Positions 57,040 through 64,000 of a DNA stretch of 64,000 nucleotides are shown piece by piece; positions within the stretch are counted from its first letter, which is position 1; each line of letters begins with the position of its first letter. The notes beneath the pieces were generated by a model. That model was not told the DNA's origin, ran no database searches, and saw only the letters and a list, made by a program, of their open reading frames with translations. Source of the stretch: an uncultured Thermodesulfobacteriota bacterium. GTDB taxonomy: Bacteria > Desulfobacterota > WTBG01 > CAIYCZ01 > CAIRTM01. A program made the translations under genes and the position numbers. The stretch lies in the NCBI GenBank assembly GCA_964621615.1, contig CAZUMW010000003.1, positions 131,619-195,618 on the forward strand, written 5' to 3'.

Positions 57040-57749
57040 ACATGTACAATCGATGTCCCCGTAAGTATTTCCTGCACTACATATTAAAAAATCCCATCAA
57101 ACCGAACATCCATCTGTACCGCGGCTCAATCGTACACAGCACCCTGCATCTGTTCGAACAGCTCAAGCTCAGCAACATTACCCGGAAGGACCACCCGCAG
57201 CTCAGAACACAGCTGCTGGATATCTTTTATGCAGAGTGGAAAAGGCATGCAGAAGACATTGCCGGGCTGTGGCTGCCCGATGATGTCGTAAACGGGTTCC
57301 GGGAGGAAAGCATCATGATGCTTGACAATTTTCTTGCTCATTACATTGAGGAACAGATACGCGGTCCGCCGGAGAAAAAGACCGAGCTCAAGCTGTTCTC
57401 CGGTGACGAATACTCGGTGATGGGTATCGTTGACCTCATAAAGGAAAAGGACGGAACCGTTGAGATCATCGACTACAAAACCGCAAAAAAAGCGGACATG
57501 ACAGCAGAATACCGGCTGCAGCTTGCAATCTATGCGCTGCTGTATGAAGAAAAATTTAACCGGCTGCCTTCCCGTGTCGGGATTCATTTCCTGAAGTACA
57601 AAGACGGTGTCAGGATGATTGAGGTCGACGAGCAGCTTGTCAACCTTGCCAAACGCGAGGCAAAGCTGATTCATGTCAATACCGCCTCGGACAATCCTGC
57701 CGATTATCCCTGCAGGTGCGGGGGATGGTGCGAGAGGGATTTTGCATGA
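57006..57749 (+). CDS. Cas4-like / RecB-family PD-(D/E)xK nuclease with Fe-S cluster cysteines (DUF83-like)
   Basis: N-terminal SPSSINMYNRCPRKYFLHY (Cas4 motif with first Cys). VMGIVDLIKE...EIIDYKTAKK (D...E-x-D-Y-K catalytic motif). C-terminal CRCGGWC (Cx1Cx3C), giving a 4-Cys cluster. Confidence 0.65.
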   Translation: MAKRIQSPSSINMYNRCPRKYFLHYILKNPIKPNIHLYRGSIVHSTLHLFEQLKLSNITRKDHPQLRTQLLDIFYAEWKRHAEDIAGLWLPDDVVNGFREESIMMLDNFLAHYIEEQIRGPPEKKTELKLFSGDEYSVMGIVDLIKEKDGTVEIIDYKTAKKADMTAEYRLQLAIYALLYEEKFNRLPSRVGIHFLKYKDGVRMIEVDEQLVNLAKREAKLIHVNTASDNPADYPCRCGGWCERDFA

Positions 57750-59701
57750 GAAACGATATCAGAGAAACGTTGCAGAAGCTGAAACCGCTTATCGGTAAAA
57801 AGGCCGATGCCCTGTGGCTGTTGTACCAGTCTGCAGATTACCGGGAACGGGGGGATGTTGAAATAAAGATCAACCTTATTGCCGAAAAATATCTCAGAAG
57901 TTTTGAGGATAAAATCGAGCTGCCGCCGTTAACAAGTGCGGATGCAGCAGGAGAGTTGGAAGTCGGCCGGGTAAACTATGCAGACAAAAATCTCTACGGT
58001 TTCGGGCTCAGAAAGCAGGAGCTTCTGAAACATATCGGCATATTCGGTCAAACAGGAAGCGGCAAAACCGTTGCAACGTTGAACCTTTTAAAAGAACTTT
58101 GCAGTCAGAAGGTGCCGTTTCTGGTGTTTGACTATAAGCGTAATTACCGGGACATAATCGACCACCCGGATTTTACAGATGAAGAGATTCTTATCTTTAC
58201 CGTGGGCCGTGACATATCCCCGTTTTATTTCAACCCGAAAAACAAACCGCCCGGAGTTGAGCCGCACGTATGGAACAAAAAATTGTGCAACGTTATCGAG
58301 AAAGCCTATTACCTGGGCTATGGTGCCATGGATGTTATTATGGAAGCATTCGGCAGCAAAACCTTCAAGGAAATGGAGGGCTATCTTAAAAAGCAGCGCA
58401 AGCGTGCCAGGGAGCTTTTGTGGTATATGAGCGCAAAAAGGACTTTGAATGCGATTAATTTCCCGGGGCTCTCAGAGGTCGTAAACTGTGAGAAAGGATA
58501 CCCGATTGAAGAACTCCTGAAGAAGAAAGTCATCCTGGAACTCGACGGACTTTCCGATACCGACAAGGCGTTTTTTACCGGCAGCCTGCTTTTGTGGATC
58601 TATTACTTTCGTTTATGCGAACAGCAAAGAGAGACGGTGAAACATGCGGTCATAATCGAAGAGGCACATAATCTTTTCTACAAAACAAAACACGATGCCG
58701 AAGATATCACCGACATTATTATGCGTGAGATAAGAGAGCTGGGTGAGAGTATCACCGTAATCGACCAGCTTCCTCACCGTATTTCGCTCACTGCACTGGG
58801 AAACATCTTTACAAAAATCTGCCTCAGCCTGTCGCTGACCCAGGATATCATTGCCATGAGCAATGCTCTGTTGCTTGACAACCATCAGAAGCGATACCTC
58901 GGCATGCTGACACTCGGCAGGGCTATTGTAAAGACGGGAAGACATCCGTTTCCCTTTCTTGTCACCATCCCTGCGTTTAATTTGCGCAAGGGCTCGATCA
59001 GCGACAGCGGTGTAAAACAGCATATGCGTCCGTATTTGAAGCATTTAGGCCGTGAAATGCCTCCGATGCCGAAAACGGCAGATGTTCAGGGTGTTCAAAA
59101 ACCTGATTCCCTGTCCCCCATTGCGAAGATTTTGCTTAGCGATATCTGCATGAATCCCTTTGCCGGTATCGTCAAACGGTATAAAACACTGGGGCTGGGC
59201 ACGGCGGAAGGAACTGCGGCACAGCAGGAACTTATGGACAGGCACCTGATTAGAGCCGTAACCGTCGAGGGTACAAAGATCCTTGATTTGACCGATACCG
59301 GAAAAGAACTGGTGAAATCTATGGGTATACAGGGGTCTTTTAAAAAGCCCCGCGGCGGGACAATCCACAATTATTACATACACCGCATAAAAAAAGAGCT
59401 GATAAAAGCAGGCCGGTTTACATTCATTGAACATGACCGGATTGATATCGTTACGCAAAGCGGAAACCTTCACCAGACCATTGCAATAGAGGTTGAGACC
59501 GGCACGTCCACCATTGAAGGAAATCTGTGGAAACTTGCAAAACATACCGCTGACCGGAAGTATATGATAGCAACAAACAAAGAAGCGCTGAAACATATTG
59601 AGCAGATATACGCTCCTTTGTTAATACCTGATAAGGAAAAGATAAAGATATATTATGTCAAAGATTTCCTTGCAGACCTTCCCCACATCCTTTCATGCTG
59701 A
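57746..59701 (+). CDS. HerA/FtsK-like (DUF87-type) P-loop ATPase with C-terminal wHTH/endonuclease-like region
   Basis: Walker A GIFGQTGSGKTVATLNLL followed by LVFDYKRNY (HerA-type). Walker B VIIEEAHNLF. C-terminal ~200 aa with HTH-like and IEHDRIDIV...IAIEVETG segments. ATGA start/stop overlap with the nuclease gene. Confidence 0.6.
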   Translation: MRNDIRETLQKLKPLIGKKADALWLLYQSADYRERGDVEIKINLIAEKYLRSFEDKIELPPLTSADAAGELEVGRVNYADKNLYGFGLRKQELLKHIGIFGQTGSGKTVATLNLLKELCSQKVPFLVFDYKRNYRDIIDHPDFTDEEILIFTVGRDISPFYFNPKNKPPGVEPHVWNKKLCNVIEKAYYLGYGAMDVIMEAFGSKTFKEMEGYLKKQRKRARELLWYMSAKRTLNAINFPGLSEVVNCEKGYPIEELLKKKVILELDGLSDTDKAFFTGSLLLWIYYFRLCEQQRETVKHAVIIEEAHNLFYKTKHDAEDITDIIMREIRELGESITVIDQLPHRISLTALGNIFTKICLSLSLTQDIIAMSNALLLDNHQKRYLGMLTLGRAIVKTGRHPFPFLVTIPAFNLRKGSISDSGVKQHMRPYLKHLGREMPPMPKTADVQGVQKPDSLSPIAKILLSDICMNPFAGIVKRYKTLGLGTAEGTAAQQELMDRHLIRAVTVEGTKILDLTDTGKELVKSMGIQGSFKKPRGGTIHNYYIHRIKKELIKAGRFTFIEHDRIDIVTQSGNLHQTIAIEVETGTSTIEGNLWKLAKHTADRKYMIATNKEALKHIEQIYAPLLIPDKEKIKIYYVKDFLADLPHILSC

Positions 59702-60057
59702 CCCCGCAATGTATCCGTTACCGGGATACACATCACACACAGGCAGATAACTTATAAAGCGATTTTGGTGCCTGACGGCTCGATAACGTAAAGCGACAGG
59801 TGAGCCATTGTATGAAACGGAATCTCCCGACGAGAACGCCGGGGGAGCCGTGATTTATACAGCTGCAGCACTATTTTTGGAGAAAGGGGGTGTTACCGAA
59901 AAATTATACCATTTGTAACCGGCTTATTCTTAACCGAAAGGAGGTGGACGGCACGCAGTAAAACACATTTTTTTACATTGTCACATCATCTTGAAGGGGG
60001 CGGGCGGCACAGTACAGTGCAGCTTGTCCCCTTTTTTTTCAAGAAAGGAGACAAGCT

Positions 60058-60999
60058 ATGATGAAAACAAAAAGCAACAAATCAGAAAATGGGTTCAATC
60101 TCTATCAGCACATCACTGATAAAATCATTGAAGCGCTTGAAAAAGGTGTCGGACCGTGGGTGCGGCCATGGGACGATTCCGGAGTGCAGTTCATCTGGCC
60201 GAGAAACGCGTTATCGGCCAGACCGTACAACGGGATAAATGTCCTGCTTTTGAACATGGTTGCCCTTGAAAAAGGCTATACGGACCCGCGCTGGGTGACC
60301 TTCACCGATGTAAAAAAGCGCGGCGGACACATAAACAAAGGTGAACGCCATACAAAAATCGTTTTCTGGAAATTCCTGGAGCGCCGGGACCGACAGGAAG
60401 ACGACGACACGCACAGAGACGAGCATACCGGTAAAAAGGTTATACCGCTTCTGCGCTATTACCGTGTTTTTAATGTGCAGCAGTGCAAGGGTTTAAAATT
60501 AAAAGAGCTTCAGAAGCCCGAGCCGGAAACTGCTGCAGGCGGGGAAAACATCCGGGCGGAAAAAATCCTGTCACTGCCCGACATACGAACCGGCGGGAAC
60601 CGTGCCGTCTATCATCCTGGACAGGATATCATACAGCTGCCGCCGAAAACATCTTTTAAAAACCTGCAGCATTATTACGCCACCGGCTTCCATGAAACGG
60701 TTCACTGGTCAGGTCACGGTACACGGCTTACCCGCAGTTTCGGTAAACGATTCGGTGACGACACATACGCAATGGAAGAGTTGGTTGCCGAGATCGGATC
60801 GGCATTCCTGGGCGGTCATGTCGGTCTGCCGTTTACGGAGATGCGTCATCCTGAATACATACAGTCCTGGATTACATCCCTGAAAAACGACAACAGGGCA
60901 ATATTCACCGCATGCCGGATGGCGCAGGCTGCAAGTGATTACATTTTGAAAAACGCCGGCATTGACCGGCCTGAGGACCAAACAGCGGCTGTCCTCTGA
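60058..60999 (+). CDS. ardC: ArdC-like antirestriction protein (N-terminal ssDNA-binding domain + zincin metalloprotease domain)
   Basis: N-terminal NLYQHITDKIIEALEKGVGPWVRPWD...PYNGINVLLL (DUF1738/ArdC-N). C-terminal HETVHWSGH (HExxH). Confidence 0.75.
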   Translation: MMKTKSNKSENGFNLYQHITDKIIEALEKGVGPWVRPWDDSGVQFIWPRNALSARPYNGINVLLLNMVALEKGYTDPRWVTFTDVKKRGGHINKGERHTKIVFWKFLERRDRQEDDDTHRDEHTGKKVIPLLRYYRVFNVQQCKGLKLKELQKPEPETAAGGENIRAEKILSLPDIRTGGNRAVYHPGQDIIQLPPKTSFKNLQHYYATGFHETVHWSGHGTRLTRSFGKRFGDDTYAMEELVAEIGSAFLGGHVGLPFTEMRHPEYIQSWITSLKNDNRAIFTACRMAQAASDYILKNAGIDRPEDQTAAVL

Positions 61000-61086
61000 A
61001 GTGCTTTTCTGTTACGGCACTTCCCGCATTTCCTTCATCAATACGAAATCCCATAACCGACATACAGCAAAAAGGAGGTACATGCC

Positions 61087-61260
61087 ATGGACCCGATCCA
61101 TGAAAAGGTGAACTGCGTCCTGCGGATACCGCTTTTAAAAAGACAACTGCGGGCATGCATTATCCTGCGGGCTGTCTCGGTGAGCACCGACCACGAACGC
61201 GAACAATTAAACACGGTCCTTGATAGCGTTATCGAGGACAGCAAAAAGAAAGGCAGGTAG
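61087..61260 (+). CDS. Small hypothetical protein
   Basis: 57 aa ORF (below the 60-aa track cutoff) with a strong SD AAAGGAGGT 6 nt upstream. Confidence 0.35.
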   Translation: MDPIHEKVNCVLRIPLLKRQLRACIILRAVSVSTDHEREQLNTVLDSVIEDSKKKGR

Positions 61261-61264
61261 CAAT

Positions 61265-61522
61265 ATGGCATATACACCGCAACTGACATATCAGTATTCG
61301 GCAATCCTCAGGCGGCTTGCCTGGGCGGCGGACCTTCCCATGACAAAAACGATCGAATTGATACTTGATTCCGCTGTGGAGCGCACAGACACGTCTTTTG
61401 TCTGTGAAAAATGCAGGGACAGGAGCAGGTGCAGCGGCTGTCCGTTTTACCATAAGAAAGGAGATAGTGCAGATGGAAACAATAGTGCTTTTACAGTGGA
61501 AGCTCAAAGAGGAGTTTCTTGA
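61265..61522 (+). CDS. Small Cys-rich protein
   Basis: 85 aa from MAYTPQ. CEKCRDRSRCSGCPF cluster. SD AAAGGCAGG upstream. Confidence 0.35.
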   Translation: MAYTPQLTYQYSAILRRLAWAADLPMTKTIELILDSAVERTDTSFVCEKCRDRSRCSGCPFYHKKGDSADGNNSAFTVEAQRGVS

Positions 61523-61655
61523 TGAAGGCGGCACACTGGCACGGTGCCCGGTGTGTCAGGCGGAAACAAAGTTGGGTACCGACGAGGAGATCATGGCCGG
61601 GCTTTTTGTCTATCACTGCTGGAACTGTACGACACACATTATACATGAATCCTGA
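61473..61655 (+). CDS. Small zinc-ribbon protein
   Basis: 60 aa METIVLLQ...CPVCQ...CWNC. SD AAAGGAG 10 nt upstream. Overlaps the previous gene in another frame. Confidence 0.35.
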   Translation: METIVLLQWKLKEEFLDEGGTLARCPVCQAETKLGTDEEIMAGLFVYHCWNCTTHIIHES

Positions 61656-61672
61656 AAAGAAAGGAGCCTTAT

Positions 61673-61885
61673 ATGGAAATCACCACCATCATTAAATCAA
61701 AGGGCTTTGAGTGCCTGGACATTGACGAGCGTTCGGATGCCTTTGAAGAGTACCTGGAAAAATGCGGCAGACTGCAGCACACCGGTGAAATGTTGGCGCT
61801 GCTTGACGGACGTGTCTGGGTTATTACCAACGAATACGATGTCGGCGAACTGACGGCAACCTTTCTGCTGCCGTCTGAATACTGA
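61673..61885 (+). CDS. Small hypothetical protein
   Basis: 70 aa, SD AAAGGAG upstream. Confidence 0.4.
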   Translation: MEITTIIKSKGFECLDIDERSDAFEEYLEKCGRLQHTGEMLALLDGRVWVITNEYDVGELTATFLLPSEY

Positions 61886-61900
61886 AAGGAGGCATGTGCT

Positions 61901-62119
61901 ATGAAACCGAGAGTAATTGTGGAAGTAAGAAAGGGCATCGCCCATGTTACAACAGACAGCCGGGATATCGCGGTAACGGTCATTGATTATGATGTGGAAG
62001 GCTGCCCGGTTCCGCAGTCTATCTGCAAGGCAGCCGCAGACGGCAACCACCGGGCAGCCGTAACACAGGTTGAAAACACTGATCTGGCTTATGTCGACCG
62101 GATGTTTCTGCAGATTTAA
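61901..62119 (+). CDS. Small hypothetical protein
   Basis: 72 aa, SD AAAGGAGG upstream. Confidence 0.4.
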   Translation: MKPRVIVEVRKGIAHVTTDSRDIAVTVIDYDVEGCPVPQSICKAAADGNHRAAVTQVENTDLAYVDRMFLQI

Positions 62120-62149
62120 TTACGGTAACAACAGTGAAAGGATATCGTG

Positions 62150-62314
62150 ATGAGCACAAAGAGGAAAAATACATACCGGGTCGATTGCTATATGTACATC
62201 GAACCCGATGAAACTGAAACCTATGACAGCCGTGATGAGGCCCGGAAAGCACAGGAACACCTGGAATGCGTACATCCGGAAAACATCTACCTGATACGGA
62301 AAACAGAAGAGTAG
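62150..62314 (+). CDS. Small hypothetical protein
   Basis: 54 aa MSTKRKNTYRVDCYMYIEPDE..., SD GAAAGGA upstream. Followed by a terminator. Confidence 0.3.
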   Translation: MSTKRKNTYRVDCYMYIEPDETETYDSRDEARKAQEHLECVHPENIYLIRKTEE

Positions 62315-62339
62315 AAGATAAGAAGAAATAAAGCAGACC

Positions 62340-62388
62340 CAAAACAGACAAGCCTCCGGGTCACACTCCCGGGGGCTTTTTTATTATA
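62340..62388 (+). terminator. Rho-independent terminator
   Basis: AAGCCTCCGGG-tcacact-CCCGGGGGCTT followed by TTTTTATT. Confidence 0.55.
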
Positions 62389-62400
62389 AGGAGAAAGCCG

Positions 62401-62847
62401 ATGAAGCGGATAAACATAGTCAGGATAATGCAGGTTCGGGAGGGCAATCTTTCCTATGATACATCGACTGTGTCATGCAATGGTGATGCGGCACATATCG
62501 TCGAAAAATTCCTGGAAGGCGTCGACCGTGAACACTTCGGCGTGCTGTGTCTGAACGCAAAAAACAGGATCAATGCCATCAATACTGTTTCCATCGGAGC
62601 GGTTGACCAGTGTATGGTAACCCCGCGTGAATGCTATAAGGCAGCCATTCTCAGCAACAGCGTATCAGTAATATTTTTTCACAACCACCCCAGCGGCGAT
62701 CCTGCGCCCAGCCGACATGATACGCATTTGACCGGAATCCTGGTTGAAAGCGGAAAGATCCTGGGCATAACGGTTCACGACCACATCATCACAGCCGGCA
62801 ACGGCAGATACATCAGCATGCGGGATGAAAATCCCGACATGTTCTGA
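62401..62847 (+). CDS. radC: RadC-like JAB-domain protein (UPF0758)
   Basis: VIFFHNHPSGDPAPSRHDTHLT is the RadC/JAMM signature. Common on conjugative elements. Confidence 0.8.
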   Translation: MKRINIVRIMQVREGNLSYDTSTVSCNGDAAHIVEKFLEGVDREHFGVLCLNAKNRINAINTVSIGAVDQCMVTPRECYKAAILSNSVSVIFFHNHPSGDPAPSRHDTHLTGILVESGKILGITVHDHIITAGNGRYISMRDENPDMF

Positions 62848-63052
62848 TAACCGCTTTTGCAGAAGCAAAAAAAACATAATTCAGACGGGTTTGTGAAATG
62901 CTTCAGATGCACGACGCACGAAATCTTGTGGAATAAAGAGTGATACATGATGAGCGCCCAGCCGCAGATGGACTTTTTGCCAATCCGTCATTCTTCCTCA
63001 AAGAAGAGGTCCGCACGTGGCCTCTTCTTGTGAGGCATGGAGGTGATAGACA

Positions 63053-63451
63053 ATGGATACCATGAAAGAACTTTTTGGTGATGTAATACACGTATATACC
63101 CGCACACAGGCAATCGAAGACGGTGTGCTTATTGATGTCACGCAAACCGCCCGGGAAGCAGGCATCCGTTTCCCGGTAGCATTGACGGCGGCAGTATGGC
63201 AGGAATATGTCGTTCCGGATGAAGCATTAAAAAATCACGGCCAGTCAACGGAAGGCAGGCTCTGGGATGTATTGTGGATGTTCCGGTTCAGTGCCGGTTT
63301 GAGTTCTGAAGCTGTCATATGCTATCAGGTGTTCTTTACCATGCTTGTAAACCAAACACCGGAGCAGCGGCTTGTAACCCTCAAAGCTGTTTGCGGTCCC
63401 GGCGATCATGGCGAGCCGGTGATAACCATCATGAAGTCTGATGAGGACTAA
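63053..63451 (+). CDS. Hypothetical protein
   Basis: 132 aa, SD GGAGGTG upstream. No recognised family. Confidence 0.35.
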   Translation: MDTMKELFGDVIHVYTRTQAIEDGVLIDVTQTAREAGIRFPVALTAAVWQEYVVPDEALKNHGQSTEGRLWDVLWMFRFSAGLSSEAVICYQVFFTMLVNQTPEQRLVTLKAVCGPGDHGEPVITIMKSDED

Positions 63452-63469
63452 ATGGGTGAAGGGCAGGGC

Positions 63470-63775
63470 TCACTTCGGGATAGTCCTGCCCTTTTTCTTT
63501 ATTGAATTCAACAAACCATGGCGGTTTGGATCGAGATTGTCCCGATAAATATCCGACCTGATTTGTTTATTACTTGAAAATTTTTCAGGTTTAATGGCCG
63601 TCTTCTTTTTAGTCGAAAATATGCGATTATAAATATCCTGTTTGTTTGGGAAAAAGACTGCCCCGCCGACTTTCATTCCGCCAAGCAATTCTTTATTCTT
63701 GTATACCCAGCTCAAAATTTTGTTAAGATAGCGAGCTACTTCCTCCGGTGTCATTATTTCTTTTTCTTGCCTCAT
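63470..63775 (-). CDS. Excisionase/HTH_17-family DNA-binding protein
   Basis: MTPEEVARYLNKILSWVYKNKELLGGMKVGGAVFF fits the Xis/MerR-like helix-turn-helix pattern (LT.EEvA.YL...T.Y.....G.lP..KvGg...F). Confidence 0.5.
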   Translation of the reverse strand: MRQEKEIMTPEEVARYLNKILSWVYKNKELLGGMKVGGAVFFPNKQDIYNRIFSTKKKTAIKPEKFSSNKQIRSDIYRDNLDPNRHGLLNSIKKKGRTIPK

Positions 63776-63949
63776 GTTTTATTATCTACTCACAAAGTGG
63801 CTTTTTTATGATCTTATTTGGAAAATTTATATGCTAAAAAAAATAAAAAATAAAGTAATTTTGTGCAATTGACACTTTTTGAGTCATTTGATAAGCTGAC
63901 GAATATTTCCTTTCTTAAACAAAACAATAAAAAAATCAAAAGGTTTAGT

Positions 63950-63990
63950 TATGAATGCGTTTGAGCTTCGTAACAAACTCATCTCGGCCT
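63950..63990 (+). CDS. Start of an ORF truncated by the window end
   Basis: ATG at 63950 gives MNAFELRNKLISAYQN... after a very AT-rich promoter-like region. Identity not determinable. Confidence 0.2.
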
Positions 63991-64000
63991 ACCAAAATTA

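Larger units (their letters stand above)
45870..63990. mobile_element. Genomic island / integrative (ICE-like) element inserted at the 3' side of tRNA-Met; extends beyond the window end
   Basis: A tyrosine integrase lies directly downstream of the tRNA, then an AlpA-like excisionase. The cargo is of defence or conjugation type (HEPN-motif proteins, Ubl/E1/E2/JAB operon, Cas4-like+HerA-like pair, ArdC, RadC). Local AT-rich segments differ from the host composition. Confidence 0.6.

Overview
This 64 kb window is GC-rich bacterial chromosome, probably from a deltaproteobacterium or Desulfobacterota-like organism, and splits into three parts. (1) Positions ~1-16.4 kb and 23.8-30.6 kb carry a surface-polysaccharide or glycoconjugate locus. 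It encodes an ABC-2 exporter (Wzm/Wzt-like), four sulfotransferase-family genes (three of them conspicuously AT-rich), a polysaccharide deacetylase, GT4/GT2-like glycosyltransferases, two GT-C membrane transferases (ArnT/PMT-like, one with TPR repeats), a radical-SAM enzyme, a SAM methyltransferase, an O-antigen-ligase/Wzy-like protein, two asparagine-synthase-like amidotransferases and a membrane-anchored sulfatase. Together this points to a sulfated glycan. (2) The next part is a core housekeeping block. It holds a pilR-pilS-pilA-like σ54 two-component system with a type IV pilin and an identifiable σ54 -24/-12 promoter, and a pyrR-pyrB-pyrC operon with a leader hairpin. It also holds an FHA-GAF-adenylate-cyclase gene in an operon with a Ser/Thr-kinase-TPR-WD40 gene, and cobD, cbiA, hom, prmA, uppP, apgM and a thioesterase. 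(3) From ~45.9 kb to the window end there is a genomic island integrated next to a tRNA-Met(CAT) gene. It starts with a tyrosine integrase and an AlpA-like excisionase. It contains two adjacent AT-rich proteins that share a KxR[DN]xF[AV]H (HEPN-like Rx4H) motif. It contains three small genes with paralogous SD-sequestering leader hairpins that show compensatory base changes. It contains a five-gene operon encoding a small protein, a 75-aa Gly-terminated ubiquitin-like protein, an E2-like protein, a JAB/JAMM peptidase and an E1/ThiF-like protein, which makes a Bil-like bacterial ubiquitin-like conjugation system. It contains a four-gene operon ending in a Cas4-like Fe-S PD-(D/E)xK nuclease and a HerA/FtsK-like ATPase. 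It ends with ArdC-like and RadC-like genes and a string of tiny zinc-ribbon genes typical of a conjugative-element leading region. No CRISPR array or rRNA was seen.
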